Shown piece by piece: positions 42,514 to 55,412 of a stretch of 64,000 bases of DNA. The stretch lies in the NCBI RefSeq assembly GCF_041248615.1, contig NZ_CP158426.1. The stretch is one strand, 5' to 3'. The position numbers and the translations under genes are program-made. How positions within the stretch are numbered: the stretch's first letter is position 1; every line of letters starts with the position of its first letter. The notes below the pieces were generated by a model. It was not told the origin of the DNA. It saw only the letters and a program-made list of their open reading frames with translations, and made no database searches. The DNA is from Escherichia coli. GTDB taxonomy: Bacteria; Pseudomonadota; Gammaproteobacteria; Enterobacterales; Enterobacteriaceae.

Positions 42514-44076
42514 ATGAACTCGTTTTCACTTCTGACAACCCCGTGGTTGCCCGTTCGTTATAAAGACGGAACGACAGGCAAACTGGCGCCTGTCGATCTG
42601 GCGGATGAAAATGTTGTCGATATTGCTGCGCCACGGGCAGATCTCCAGGGAGCGGCATGGCAGTTTTTGCTGGGGCTACTACAAACCAGCTTTGCGCCAA
42701 AAGATCATCGTCGTTGGGATGATATCTGGGAAGACGGACTGGAATCTGAAAAGCTACGGGAAGCATTGCTGTCCTTAGAACACGCTTTCCAGTTTGGGCC
42801 AGATTCCCCTTCATTTATGCAGGATTTCGAGGCGCTCACAGGAGATAAAGTTCAGGTCGCTTCGCTACTGCCTGAGATTCCCGGCGCTCAAACAACGAAG
42901 TTTAATAAAGACCACTTTATCAAGCGTGGTGTAACGGAATACCTGTGCCCACATTGTTCTGCGTTAGCTCTGTTCTCCCTACAGTTAAATGCGCCGTCAG
43001 GTGGTAAAGGCTACCGCACCGGTTTACGCGGCGGTGGGCCGATGACCACTCTGATTGAATTACAGGAATATCAGGGCAATCAACAAACGCCCTTGTGGCG
43101 CAAACTGTGGCTCAATGTGATGCCGCAGGACGAAGCCGACTTACCGCTACCCAAAAAATTTGACGATCTGGTTTTCCCCTGGCTTGGCCCGACGCGTACC
43201 AGCGAACTGGCCGGTGCGGTGGTAACCGATGATCAGGTTAATAAACTCCAGGCGTACTGGGGAATGCCGCGGCGTATTCGTATTGATTTTAATACCACGA
43301 CAGTCGGCAACTGCGATATTTGCGGCGAGCAGAACGACGCGCTCCTGAGCCTGATGACGACCAAAAATTACGGCGCGAATTATGCCATGTGGCAGCATCC
43401 CTTAACGCCTTACCGTGTACCCCTTAAAGAGGGCGGCGAGTTTTACTCGGTCAAACCACAACCAGGCGGTTTAATCTGGCGCGACTGGTTAGGCCTTATC
43501 GAAACGGGTAAATCAGAAAACAATACGGAACTTCCCGCGCTGGTGGTGAAACTCTTTAATGCCAGCAGTCTCAAGCAGGCAAAAGTGGGCCTGTGGGGAT
43601 TTGGTTATGATTTTGACAACATGAAAGCGCGCTGTTGGTACGAACACCATTTTCCGCTGCTGCTCGATAAAAAAGAAGGCCAGATACCGAAGCTGCGGCT
43701 GGCTGCGCAAACGGCTTCACGGATTCTGAGTCTGTTACGGAGTGCATTGAAAGAAGCGTGGTTCTCCGATCCAAAAGGTGCACGGGGTGATTTCAGTTTT
43801 GTGGATATCGACTTCTGGAACAAAACTCAGCATCGCTTCCTGAGGTTAGTGCGCCACATTGAAGAAGGTCAGGATGCGGATGAATTACTCAGCAAATGGC
43901 AAAAGGAAATTTGGTTATTCGCGCGTCAGGATTTTGACGAGCGTGTCTTCACCAATCCATATGAGCCCGTTGATTTGAAACGCGTCATGACCGCGCGCAA
44001 GAAATATTTTACAACATCGGCGGAGAAGCAAAATGCTAAAGCCGCCAGGGAGAAAAAGCAGGAGGCTGCTGAATGA
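42514..44076 (+). CDS. casA: Cascade large subunit Cse1 (CasA)
   Basis: ORF 42508-44076; second ATG 42514 has better spacing from GAGAGG; about 520 aa; position after cas3. Confidence 0.8.
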   Translation: MNSFSLLTTPWLPVRYKDGTTGKLAPVDLADENVVDIAAPRADLQGAAWQFLLGLLQTSFAPKDHRRWDDIWEDGLESEKLREALLSLEHAFQFGPDSPSFMQDFEALTGDKVQVASLLPEIPGAQTTKFNKDHFIKRGVTEYLCPHCSALALFSLQLNAPSGGKGYRTGLRGGGPMTTLIELQEYQGNQQTPLWRKLWLNVMPQDEADLPLPKKFDDLVFPWLGPTRTSELAGAVVTDDQVNKLQAYWGMPRRIRIDFNTTTVGNCDICGEQNDALLSLMTTKNYGANYAMWQHPLTPYRVPLKEGGEFYSVKPQPGGLIWRDWLGLIETGKSENNTELPALVVKLFNASSLKQAKVGLWGFGYDFDNMKARCWYEHHFPLLLDKKEGQIPKLRLAAQTASRILSLLRSALKEAWFSDPKGARGDFSFVDIDFWNKTQHRFLRLVRHIEEGQDADELLSKWQKEIWLFARQDFDERVFTNPYEPVDLKRVMTARKKYFTTSAEKQNAKAAREKKQEAAE

Positions 44077-44609
44077 GTATTGTAAAAGAGGAGCACAAAG
44101 CCACGCTGCGTAAATGGCACGAAGAGTTGCAGGAAAAACGCGGCAATCGTGCCAGTCTGCGGCGTAGCACAACGGTTAATGATGTTTGTCTGTCAGAAGG
44201 GTTTCGTTCTCTGCTGATGCAGACCCACACTTTGTGGAAAATTGAAGCACAAGAGTGGCGTTTTACCGCACTGGCGCTGGTCGCCGCAGTTAGCGCCAAT
44301 GTTAAAGCTATTGATGAACGGCAGCCTTTTGCCGCGCAGCTGGCGGCGGTAATGTCGGAGGGGCGTTTTACTCGCCTGTCGGCAGTAAAAACGCCTGATG
44401 ATTTACTGCGTCAGTTACGTCGCGCGGTCAAATTATTAAATGGTTCCGTCAATCTTATCTCTTTGGCAGAAGATATTTTCCGCTGGTGCCAGGAGAGCGA
44501 CGACCTGCTCAATCATCACCGCCGCCAGCAGCGGCCAACAGAATTTATCCGTATCCGCTGGGCGCTGGAATATTACCAGGCTGGCGACGCCGATAACGAA
44601 CAAAATTAA
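44073..44609 (+). CDS. casB: Cascade small subunit Cse2 (CasB)
   Basis: 178-aa ORF overlapping casA stop by 4 bp. Confidence 0.8.
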   Translation: MSIVKEEHKATLRKWHEELQEKRGNRASLRRSTTVNDVCLSEGFRSLLMQTHTLWKIEAQEWRFTALALVAAVSANVKAIDERQPFAAQLAAVMSEGRFTRLSAVKTPDDLLRQLRRAVKLLNGSVNLISLAEDIFRWCQESDDLLNHHRRQQRPTEFIRIRWALEYYQAGDADNEQN

Positions 44610-44623
44610 TAAAGGACTATCTC

Positions 44624-45679
44624 ATGACGACATTTATTCAGCTTCATTTGTTAACCGCTTACCCTGCTGCCAACCTTAACCGTGATGACACCGGTGCGCC
44701 AAAAACTGTGGTACTGGGTGGAGCAACGCGTCTGCGCGTTTCCTCACAAAGTCTGAAACGTGCGTGGCGCACTTCTGCACTTTTTGAACAGGCACTGGCG
44801 GGCCATATTGGTATTCGCAGTGGGCGTATTGCGCGTGAGGCGGCAACTATCCTGATTGAGAAAGGCATCGAAGAGAAAAAAGCCATCGAATGGGCGGCAA
44901 AAATTGCGGATTATCTTGGGAAAGCTAAAAACGACAAAAAACCAAAAGATCCGCTCACTAACGCCGAAACTGAACAGCTAGTCCATATCAGCCCGGCAGA
45001 ATTTGACGCCGTAAAAGCGCTGGCCCATCAACTGGCCGAAGAAAAGCGCGCGCCAAAAGAGGAAGATCTCGCTTTGTTACGTAAAGATCGCATGGCGGTA
45101 GATATCGCTATGTTTGGTCGTATGCTGGCGAATAAACCCGAATTTAATGTTGAAGCCGCCTGCCAGGTCGCGCATGCATTTGGTGTCAGTGAAACGATTG
45201 TCGAAGATGATTTTTTCACCGCCGTTGATGATTTGCGCCAGGCTTCTGAAGATGCCGGTGCCGGGCATCTTGGTGAAACCGGATTCGGTTCTGCGCTGTT
45301 CTACACCTATATCTGCATCGATAAAGATCTGCTGGTCGAAAACCTCGGCGGTGACGAAGCGTTAGCTAATCAGACCTTGCGCGCCTTTACGGAAGCCGCA
45401 CTTAAAGTCTCCCCAACCGGCAAACAGAACAGCTTTGCCAGCCGTGCCTACGCCTCCTGGGCGCTGGCAGAAAAAGGCACTGAACAACCACGCTCTCTGG
45501 CGGCGGCTTTCTATGAACCCATTAATGGCACCCGGCAGTTAGATGTGGCGGTGCAGCGTATTACAACGCTTCGCGAAAATATGAATACGGTCTATGAACA
45601 GAAGACCGAATGCGCAAGCTTTGACGTGATGAACAAACAGGGAAGCATGAAGGACGTGCTGGACTTTATCTGCGCGTAA
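44624..45679 (+). CDS. casC: Cascade backbone subunit Cas7e (CasC)
   Basis: 351-aa ORF MTTFIQLHLLTAYPAANLNRDDTGAPK... Confidence 0.85.
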   Translation: MTTFIQLHLLTAYPAANLNRDDTGAPKTVVLGGATRLRVSSQSLKRAWRTSALFEQALAGHIGIRSGRIAREAATILIEKGIEEKKAIEWAAKIADYLGKAKNDKKPKDPLTNAETEQLVHISPAEFDAVKALAHQLAEEKRAPKEEDLALLRKDRMAVDIAMFGRMLANKPEFNVEAACQVAHAFGVSETIVEDDFFTAVDDLRQASEDAGAGHLGETGFGSALFYTYICIDKDLLVENLGGDEALANQTLRAFTEAALKVSPTGKQNSFASRAYASWALAEKGTEQPRSLAAAFYEPINGTRQLDVAVQRITTLRENMNTVYEQKTECASFDVMNKQGSMKDVLDFICA

Positions 45680-45689
45680 GGGGCGGCTA

Positions 45690-46436
45690 ATGAGCCAATA
45701 TTTGATTTTTCAGCTTCATGGGCCAATGGCATCCTGGGGCGTCGATGCCCCCGGCGAAGTGCGTCATACCCATGAACTGCCTTCGCGCTCAGCATTGCTG
45801 GGGCTGCTGGCTGCCGGGGTAGGGATTCGGCGTGATGATACCGAACGATTAAACGCGTTTAACCGCCACTATTCACTGGTGGTTTGCGCCAGCCGTAACC
45901 CGCGCTGGGCACGGGATTATCACACGGTCCAGATGCCAAAAGAGGTGCGTAAAGCGCGTTATTTCAGCCGTCGCGAAGAGTTGAGCGCCCCTGATCTTCT
46001 GAGCGCGATTATCTCCCGGCGCGACTACTACACCGATGCCTGGTGGATGGTGGCGGTGGCAACAACCCCCGATGCGCCTTACAGGCTTGAACAGTTGCAG
46101 GACGGTTTACGTCATCCGGTTTTTCCGCTTTATCTGGGGCGAAAAAGTCATCCGCTGGCGTTACCACTTGCGCCGTTACTGCTCGAAGGCAACGCGTCTG
46201 ATGTCTTACGTAACGCATACCAACAGTATCAGGATAGTTTCCGCGAACTGAAAGTCTCACTCCCGAAACTTCAGGATGAATGCTGGTGGGAAGGGGAACA
46301 CGACGGCCTGGTCGCGAGCAAAATATTACGTCGCCGGGATGTTCCTTTAAATCGTCAGCAGTGGCTGTTTGGGGAACGCACCATCAATCAGGGGCCGTGG
46401 CTCAGCAAGGAGGAACCATGTACCTCTCAAGAATAA
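45690..46436 (+). CDS. casD: Cascade subunit Cas5e (CasD)
   Basis: 248-aa ORF; operon position. Confidence 0.8.
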   Translation: MSQYLIFQLHGPMASWGVDAPGEVRHTHELPSRSALLGLLAAGVGIRRDDTERLNAFNRHYSLVVCASRNPRWARDYHTVQMPKEVRKARYFSRREELSAPDLLSAIISRRDYYTDAWWMVAVATTPDAPYRLEQLQDGLRHPVFPLYLGRKSHPLALPLAPLLLEGNASDVLRNAYQQYQDSFRELKVSLPKLQDECWWEGEHDGLVASKILRRRDVPLNRQQWLFGERTINQGPWLSKEEPCTSQE

Positions 46437-47064
46437 CCTTACATACCGGCCAGCTTTCGCCTGCGCAGTTGCTGCATCTGGTGGATCGCGGTGAATATGT
46501 AATGCATCAGTGGCTGTGGGATCTTTTTCCTGGCGGCAAAGAAAGGCAATTTCTTTATCGTCGGGAAGAACTCCAGGGGGCGTTTCGCTTTTTTGTCCTG
46601 TCGCAGGAACGCCCGGCGGAAAGTGATATTTTCACCATCGAATGCCGACCATTTGCGCCAGAGTTGCGTACCGGACAATCCCTTTGTTTCAACCTGCGGG
46701 CGAATCCAACAATTTGTAAAGCGGGCAAACGCCACGACTTGCTGATGGAGGCGAAACGGCAGGTGAGGGGGCAGGTGGAAGGAAGTGATGTCTGGTTGCA
46801 TCAACAACAGGCGGCGCTGGACTGGCTGGCAGCGCAGGGGGAAAGAAGCGGTTTTACACTACTGGATACCTCGGTCGATGCCTACCGACAACAGCAACTG
46901 CGGCGGGAAAACTCCCGGCAACTGATCCAGTTCAGTAGCGTGGATTATACGGGGATGCTTACGGTCACCGATCCTGGGTTATTTCTGCAACGTCTGAGCC
47001 AGGGGTATGGCAAAAGCCGCGCGTTCGGCTGTGGTCTGATGCTGATCAAACCCGGAGCAGAGGC

Positions 47065-47068
<4 letters not shown>
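46418..47068 (+). CDS. casE: CRISPR repeat endoribonuclease Cas6e (CasE)
   Basis: ORF 46280-47068; probable start MYLSRITLHTGQ at 46418 (216 aa), overlapping casD end; C-terminal G-rich loop GYGKSRAFGCG. Confidence 0.8.
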
Positions 47069-48278
<1,210 letters not shown>

Positions 48279-48374
48279 GTTATCTGTTCTTTAAAAATAA
48301 GGAAATGTTTTAATTTAGTTGGTAGATTGTTGATGCGGAATAAATTTTTTTAAAAACAGTTATGTATGCTTAGT

Positions 48375-49074
48375 GTGTTCCCCGCGTCAGCGGGGATAAA
48401 CCGGACTCAGTTTTTCCCTGCTGACCCTCCGAAGGGTGTTCCCCGCGTCAGCGGGGATAAACCGCCATGCCGCGCCAGCTCTGCGAAACAGCCCGCGTGT
48501 TCCCCGCGTCAGCGGGGATAAACCGATCCAAAGATAGTCGCCCCGATTGCCAAATTGGTGTTCCCCGCGTCAGCGGGGATAAACCGACGGTATTGTTCAG
48601 ATCCTGGCTTGCCAACAGGTGTTCCCCGCGTCAGCGGGGATAAACCGGCGGCACTAACGTGATAATCACGATCAATTATGTGTTCCCCGCGTCAGCGGGG
48701 ATAAACCGTGACGGTCCGAAAAAAGTTGGCTGAAGAAATTGTGTTCCCCGCGTCAGCGGGGATAAACCGGTTATTGCGTTTTCCTCACCTGCGGCGAGTC
48801 CGTGTTCCCCGCGTCAGCGGGGATAAACCGCATTCCGTGCAGCGGTCTGAATAATTGCCGCGGTGTTCCCCGCGTCAGCGGGGATAAATCGAGTAACGAC
48901 GAAAAAATACAGGCACGGGCCAGGTGTTCCCCGCGTCAGCGGGGATAAACCGATCCCCGCAGGTATCGCGCAGCTATCGATCGAGTGTTCCCCGCGTCAG
49001 CGGGGATAAACCGGACGCACTGGATGCGATGATGGACATCACTTGGAGTTCCCCGCCCCTGCGGTAGAACTCCC
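48375..49074 (+). CRISPR. Type I-E CRISPR array (CRISPR-I) adjacent to cas2: 12 repeats (last degenerate), 11 spacers of 32 bp
   Basis: 29-bp repeat GTGTTCCCCGCGTCAGCGGGGATAAACCG at 61-bp period; repeat 9 ends ..AAATCG; terminal repeat GAGTTCCCCGCCCCTGCGGTAGAACTCCC; leader 48279-48374 with GTTGGTAGATTGT at 48319-48331. Confidence 0.95.
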
Positions 49075-49094
49075 AGCTCTCATTTTCAAACCCA

Positions 49095-50132
49095 TCAAGA
49101 CGCCTTCGCCAGCTCCTTCACCAGCGGTAGCATTATCCGCATAACATCACGGCAGCGACGTTCTATTCTTCCAGGAAGTGCCTTATCAATATGTTGTTGA
49201 TTATCCAGTCTTACGTCATGCCAGCTATTTCCCGCAGGGAATGCAGCTGTTTTTGCGCGTTGCTGATAACCATCCTTATTCCCAAGATTCCAATTTGTTG
49301 CTTCTACCGAAAGTACGGCAATACCGGCTTTGTCGAAAACTTCGGCATCATTACAACAGCCAGTACCCTTCGGATAATTTTTATTCAAACCCGGATTGGT
49401 CGTTGCGGCAATTCCATGACTACGCGCAATTGCCAGCGCCCTGTCGCGCGTTAATTTCCTTACTGCTTCAGGGGTTTTTACACCGCTGTTGAAATACAAT
49501 TTATCGCCAACAATTAAGTTATCGAGATTAATCACCAGCAGCGTATTTTTCTTTTCGGTGTCACTCATCCGCTTGAGTAAATTCTCAGCGCCTAATTTCC
49601 CTTCCTCTTCGCCGCTGGTCGCCACAAATCGAATACCATACTCGGTAGGCGTATTTTTCAGGCGTTCTGCCAGTTCCAGCATGACACCTAAACCTGCAGC
49701 GTTATCATCCATTCCTTGTAACGTCAGTCCGCCGAGATTGGCATCGGCGTCAGCATCGCTCAGCGGGGCGTAAGTATCCAGATGCGCCATAATGATGATC
49801 TGCTGCGGCGCTTTGCCTTCATGAGCGGCAATCACCGTACTTCCCGTCACGTTATGCCAGCTCTTGCGATTATCGCGGGCGGTATAAATATACCGACTAT
49901 TAAATGTCCGAATATCACTGCGATAACCCATTTGCTGAAACTGTTGGCGAATATAATCGGCAGATAACATTTCTGCAGGAGTTCCGGTCATGCGTCCCGG
50001 AAAGAAAGTAGCAATATGTCGTGCCTGAGTATTAGCAAAATCGCCAGGTTTAGCTGACGAGGCGTGTACGGGGAGAATAAAGCATACGCCGAGCGCCAGG
50101 GCAGCGGTACGGTGGCGCAATGCGGAAAACAT
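49095..50132 (-). CDS. iap: Alkaline phosphatase isozyme conversion aminopeptidase Iap
   Basis: 345-aa ORF with signal peptide, M28-peptidase-like. Confidence 0.8.
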   Translation of the reverse strand: MFSALRHRTAALALGVCFILPVHASSAKPGDFANTQARHIATFFPGRMTGTPAEMLSADYIRQQFQQMGYRSDIRTFNSRYIYTARDNRKSWHNVTGSTVIAAHEGKAPQQIIIMAHLDTYAPLSDADADANLGGLTLQGMDDNAAGLGVMLELAERLKNTPTEYGIRFVATSGEEEGKLGAENLLKRMSDTEKKNTLLVINLDNLIVGDKLYFNSGVKTPEAVRKLTRDRALAIARSHGIAATTNPGLNKNYPKGTGCCNDAEVFDKAGIAVLSVEATNWNLGNKDGYQQRAKTAAFPAGNSWHDVRLDNQQHIDKALPGRIERRCRDVMRIMLPLVKELAKAS

Positions 50133-50383
50133 AGTGAGTCCTTAAATACCATGCAAATTTTTTTACCGCCATAGTATGAAACTGCCGATGCGCTAAAACA
50201 ATTTCAAATCTTCCTAAACGCCCGAAATCCGGTGCCTTAAGCACTTTTTGATATTAGCTTTGCCAAATCGTTATTCCGTTAAGGAACTACTCATTCTAAT
50301 TGGTAATTTCATTCGTTCTCTTACGCTCCCTATAGTCGAAACATCTGATGGCAAGAAAATAGCGGTATTGCAAAGGAACGGTT

Positions 50384-51292
50384 ATGGATCAAAAACGACT
50401 TACTCACCTGCGGCAACTGGAGGCGGAAAGCATCCACATTATTCGCGAGGTGGCGGCAGAATTCTCAAATCCGGTGATGCTCTACTCTATCGGTAAAGAT
50501 TCCAGCGTCATGCTGCATCTGGCGCGCAAGGCGTTTTATCCAGGTACGCTGCCTTTCCCGTTGCTGCATGTCGATACCGGCTGGAAATTCCGCGAGATGT
50601 ATGAGTTCCGCGATCGTACGGCTAAAGCCTACGGCTGCGAGCTGCTGGTGCATAAAAACCCGGAAGGCGTGGCGATGGGGATTAATCCATTCGTTCATGG
50701 CAGCGCGAAACATACCGATATTATGAAAACTGAAGGCCTGAAACAGGCGCTGAATAAATACGGTTTTGATGCCGCCTTCGGTGGTGCACGCCGCGACGAA
50801 GAGAAATCCCGTGCTAAAGAGCGAATCTACTCTTTCCGTGACCGCTTCCATCGCTGGGATCCGAAAAATCAGCGCCCGGAGCTGTGGCACAACTACAACG
50901 GGCAAATTAACAAAGGCGAAAGCATTCGCGTCTTCCCGCTCTCTAACTGGACCGAGCAGGATATCTGGCAATACATCTGGCTGGAAAATATCGACATTGT
51001 GCCGCTGTATCTCGCTGCGGAACGACCGGTTCTGGAACGCGACGGTATGTTGATGATGATTGATGACAACCGTATCGACCTGCAACCGGGAGAAGTGATT
51101 AAAAAACGGATGGTGCGTTTCCGTACGCTGGGCTGCTGGCCGCTGACCGGTGCGGTGGAGTCAAATGCACAAACACTGCCGGAAATCATCGAAGAGATGC
51201 TGGTTTCCACCACCAGTGAACGTCAGGGTCGCGTGATTGACCGCGACCAGGCGGGATCCATGGAGTTGAAAAAACGTCAGGGGTATTTTTAA
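50384..51292 (+). CDS. cysD: Sulfate adenylyltransferase subunit 2 CysD
   Basis: 302-aa ORF, PAPS-reductase-like fold motif (SIGKDS). Confidence 0.9.
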   Translation: MDQKRLTHLRQLEAESIHIIREVAAEFSNPVMLYSIGKDSSVMLHLARKAFYPGTLPFPLLHVDTGWKFREMYEFRDRTAKAYGCELLVHKNPEGVAMGINPFVHGSAKHTDIMKTEGLKQALNKYGFDAAFGGARRDEEKSRAKERIYSFRDRFHRWDPKNQRPELWHNYNGQINKGESIRVFPLSNWTEQDIWQYIWLENIDIVPLYLAAERPVLERDGMLMMIDDNRIDLQPGEVIKKRMVRFRTLGCWPLTGAVESNAQTLPEIIEEMLVSTTSERQGRVIDRDQAGSMELKKRQGYF

Positions 51293-51293
51293 G

Positions 51294-52721
51294 ATGAACA
51301 CCGCACTTGCACAACAAATCGCCAATGAAGGCGGCGTCGAAGCCTGGATGATTGCGCAACAACATAAAAGCCTGCTGCGTTTTCTGACCTGTGGTAGCGT
51401 CGATGACGGCAAAAGTACCCTGATTGGTCGTCTGCTGCACGATACCCGCCAAATCTACGAAGATCAGCTCTCATCGCTGCATAACGACAGTAAGCGTCAC
51501 GGCACCCAGGGCGAAAAGCTGGATCTGGCTCTGCTGGTGGACGGCCTGCAAGCTGAGCGCGAACAGGGCATCACCATTGACGTGGCTTACCGTTATTTCT
51601 CTACCGAGAAGCGTAAATTTATTATCGCCGATACCCCAGGGCACGAGCAGTACACTCGCAATATGGCGACTGGCGCATCGACATGTGAACTGGCGATCTT
51701 ACTGATCGATGCCCGTAAAGGCGTGCTCGATCAAACCCGTCGTCACAGTTTTATCTCCACACTGTTGGGGATCAAACATCTGGTCGTGGCGATCAACAAA
51801 ATGGATCTGGTGGGTTACAGTGAAGAGACGTTCACCCGTATTCGCGAAGATTATCTGACGTTTGCCGGGCAGCTGCCGGGTAATCTGGATATCCGCTTTG
51901 TGCCGCTCTCTGCACTGGAAGGCGACAACGTGGCTTCGCAAAGTGAAAGTATGCCGTGGTACAGCGGTCCGACACTGCTCGAAGTGCTGGAAACCGTGGA
52001 GATCCAGCGAGTGGTGGATGCCCAGCCAATGCGCTTCCCGGTGCAGTACGTTAATCGCCCGAATCTCGATTTTCGTGGCTACGCCGGAACGCTGGCATCC
52101 GGTCGAGTGGAAGTCGGGCAACGTGTCAAAGTGCTGCCCTCTGGTGTGGAATCAAACGTCGCGCGGATCGTGACTTTTGATGGCGATCGCGAAGAAGCCT
52201 TTGCCGGAGAAGCGATCACCCTAGTGCTGACGGATGAGATCGACATCAGCCGTGGCGATCTGCTGCTGGCGGCAGACGAAGCGTTACCGGCTGTGCAGAG
52301 CGCGTCGGTGGATGTGGTATGGATGGCGGAACAGCCGCTTTCCCCAGGCCAGAGTTACGACATCAAAATTGCCGGTAAGAAGACACGTGCTCGTGTTGAT
52401 GGCATTCGTTATCAGGTTGATATTAATAACCTTACCCAACGCGAAGTTGAAAACCTGCCGCTGAACGGCATCGGGCTGGTGGATCTCACTTTTGACGAGC
52501 CACTGGTGTTAGATCGTTATCAGCAAAATCCGGTTACCGGTGGGCTGATTTTTATCGATCGCCTGAGCAATGTGACCGTGGGTGCCGGTATGGTGCACGA
52601 GCCAGTTAGCCTGGCAACTGCTGCGCCATCTGAATTCAGTGCATTCGAACTGGAATTGAATGCCCTGGTTCGTCGCCACTTTCCGCACTGGGGCGCGCGC
52701 GATTTGTTGGGGGATAAATAA
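51294..52721 (+). CDS. cysN: Sulfate adenylyltransferase subunit 1 CysN (GTPase)
   Basis: 475-aa ORF with G-domain motifs ([19 protein letters not shown]). Confidence 0.9.
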
Positions 52722-53326
52722 TGGCGCTGCATGACGAAAACGTCGTCTGGCATAGCCATCCGGTCACTGTGCAACAACGCGAGCTACACCACGGTCATCG
52801 TGGTGTAGTGCTGTGGTTTACCGGCCTCTCCGGGTCCGGTAAATCAACGGTCGCCGGGGCGCTGGAGGAGGCGTTACATAAACTCGGCGTCAGTACGTAT
52901 CTGCTGGATGGCGACAATGTTCGCCACGGATTATGCAGCGATCTCGGTTTTAGCGATGCCGATCGTAAAGAGAATATCCGTCGCGTCGGTGAAGTGGCGA
53001 ATTTGATGGTTGAAGCCGGACTGGTGGTGCTGACCGCATTCATCTCGCCACACCGCGCCGAACGCCAGATGGTTCGTGAACGCGTAGGAGAAGGGCGCTT
53101 TATCGAAGTGTTTGTCGATACGCCGCTGGCGATTTGCGAAGCCCGCGATCCAAAAGGCTTATATAAGAAAGCGCGTGCCGGTGAACTGCGCAACTTTACG
53201 GGAATAGATTCCGTTTACGAAGCGCCTGAATCGGCAGAAATTCATCTCAATGGTGAACAATTAGTAACAAATTTGGTACAGCAATTATTAGATCTGTTGA
53301 GACAGAACGATATTATCAGATCCTGA
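52721..53326 (+). CDS. cysC: Adenylylsulfate (APS) kinase CysC
   Basis: 201-aa ORF with P-loop GLSGSGKST; overlaps cysN stop. Confidence 0.9.
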
Positions 53327-53375
53327 GACACCACCGGGTTTCCATGCCCGGTTCGTCAAAGTAACAGGATCAAAT

Positions 53376-53699
53376 ATGCGTAATAGCCATAACATTACAC
53401 TAACAAATAACGACAGCCTTACTGAGGATGAAGAAACCACATGGTCACTGCCTGGTGCTGTGGTCGGTTTTATCTCCTGGTTATTTGCGCTGGCGATGCC
53501 GATGTTGATTTATGGCTCTAACACGCTGTTTTTCTTTATCTACACCTGGCCTTTCTTTCTGGCACTGATGCCTGTCGCGGTAGTGGTGGGGATTGCGCTG
53601 CATTCATTGATGGACGGAAAGCTACGCTACAGTATTGTTTTCACCCTGGTGACAGTAGGCATTATGTTTGGCGCACTGTTTATGTGGCTACTGGGCTAA
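53376..53699 (+). CDS. ygbE: Small inner-membrane protein YgbE (DUF3561)
   Basis: 107-aa ORF with predicted transmembrane segments. Confidence 0.7.
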   Translation: MRNSHNITLTNNDSLTEDEETTWSLPGAVVGFISWLFALAMPMLIYGSNTLFFFIYTWPFFLALMPVAVVVGIALHSLMDGKLRYSIVFTLVTVGIMFGALFMWLLG

Positions 53700-53892
53700 T
53701 TTGTACTTTCTTGTCTCCTCTGTTCATAATTCAAACCGTAACTAATAATGAGATTATGTTCTGCACGCCCTGGGTATACGTAACAATGGACAAATGTGGT
53801 ACATTTGCCCGCGTTGTCGCGGTATCCCCAACAGAGGATGTAGAGTCGTCTTCGGATGCATGGGATGATGATGCCGTTTTTCAGGGGGCAGG

Positions 53893-54204
53893 ATGGGTAA
53901 ACTAACGCTGCTGTTGCTGGCTATTCTGGTCTGGCTACAGTATTCGCTGTGGTTCGGTAAGAACGGTATACATGACTATACCCGCGTCAATGATGATGTG
54001 GCGGCACAGCAAGCTACAAACGCGAAACTTAAAGCGCGAAACGATCAACTTTTTGCCGAAATTGACGATCTCAATGGCGGCCAGGAGGCGCTCGAAGAGC
54101 GTGCGCGTAATGAACTCAGCATGACCAGGCCGGGCGAAACTTTTTATCGTCTGGTGCCTGACGCGTCGAAGCGCGCACAGTCTGCGGGGCAAAACAATCG
54201 ATAA
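53893..54204 (+). CDS. ftsB: Cell division protein FtsB
   Basis: 103-aa [28 protein letters not shown]... with coiled-coil region. Confidence 0.85.
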
Positions 54205-54222
54205 ATCAGCCCGGGAATTAAC

Positions 54223-54933
54223 ATGGCAACCACTCATTTGGATGTTTGCGCCGTGGTTCCGGCGGCCGGATTTGGCCGTCGAATGCAAACGGAATGTCCT
54301 AAGCAATATCTCTCAATCGGTAATCAAACCATTCTTGAACACTCGGTGCATGCGCTGCTGGCGCATCCCCGGGTGAAACGTGTCGTCATTGCCATAAGTC
54401 CTGGCGATAGCCGTTTTGCACAACTTCCTCTGGCGAATCATCCGCAAATCACCGTTGTAGATGGCGGTGATGAGCGTGCCGATTCGGTGCTGGCAGGTCT
54501 GAAAGCCGCTGGCGACGCGCAGTGGGTATTGGTGCATGACGCCGCTCGTCCTTGTCTGCATCAGGATGACCTCGCGCGATTGTTGGCGTTGAGCGAAACC
54601 AGCCGCACGGGGGGGATCCTCGCCGCACCAGTGCGCGATACGATGAAACGTGCCGAACCGGGCAAAAATGCCATTGCTCATACCGTTGATCGCAACGGCT
54701 TATGGCACGCGCTGACGCCGCAATTTTTCCCTCGCGAGCTGTTACATGACTGCCTGACGCGCGCTCTAAATGAAGGCGCTACCATTACCGACGAAGCCTC
54801 GGCGCTGGAATATTGCGGATTCCATCCGCAGTTGGTCGAAGGCCGCGCGGATAACATTAAAGTCACGCGACCGGAAGATTTGGCACTGGCCGAGTTTTAC
54901 CTCACCCGAACCATCCATCAGGAGAATACATAA
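54223..54933 (+). CDS. ispD: 2-C-methyl-D-erythritol 4-phosphate cytidylyltransferase IspD
   Basis: 236-aa ORF ([10 protein letters not shown] motif). Confidence 0.9.
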
Positions 54934-55412
54934 TGCGAATTGGACACGGTTTTGACGTACACGCCTTTGGCGGTGAAGGCCCAATTATCATTGGTGGCGT
55001 ACGCATTCCTTACGAAAAAGGATTGCTGGCGCATTCTGATGGCGACGTGGCGCTCCATGCGTTGACCGATGCATTGCTTGGCGCGGCGGCGCTGGGGGAT
55101 ATCGGCAAACTGTTCCCGGATACCGATCCGGCATTTAAAGGTGCCGATAGCCGCGAGCTGCTACGCGAAGCCTGGCGTCGTATTCAGGCGAAGGGTTATA
55201 CCCTTGGCAACGTCGATGTCACTATCATCGCTCAGGCACCGAAGATGTTGCCGCACATTCCACAAATGCGCGTGTTTATTGCCGAAGATCTCGGCTGCCA
55301 TATGGATGATGTTAACGTGAAAGCCACTACTACGGAAAAACTTGGATTTACCGGACGTGGGGAAGGGATTGCCTGTGAAGCGGTGGCGCTACTCATTAAG
55401 GCAACAAAATGA
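54933..55412 (+). CDS. ispF: 2-C-methyl-D-erythritol 2,4-cyclodiphosphate synthase IspF
   Basis: 159-aa [17 protein letters not shown]... Confidence 0.9.

Noticed and set aside
53684-53905. 73-aa plus-strand ORF between ygbE and ftsB
   Set aside because: Overlaps the end of ygbE and the start of ftsB, has no ribosome-binding site and no recognisable domain; probably non-coding intergenic sequence carrying the ftsB promoter.
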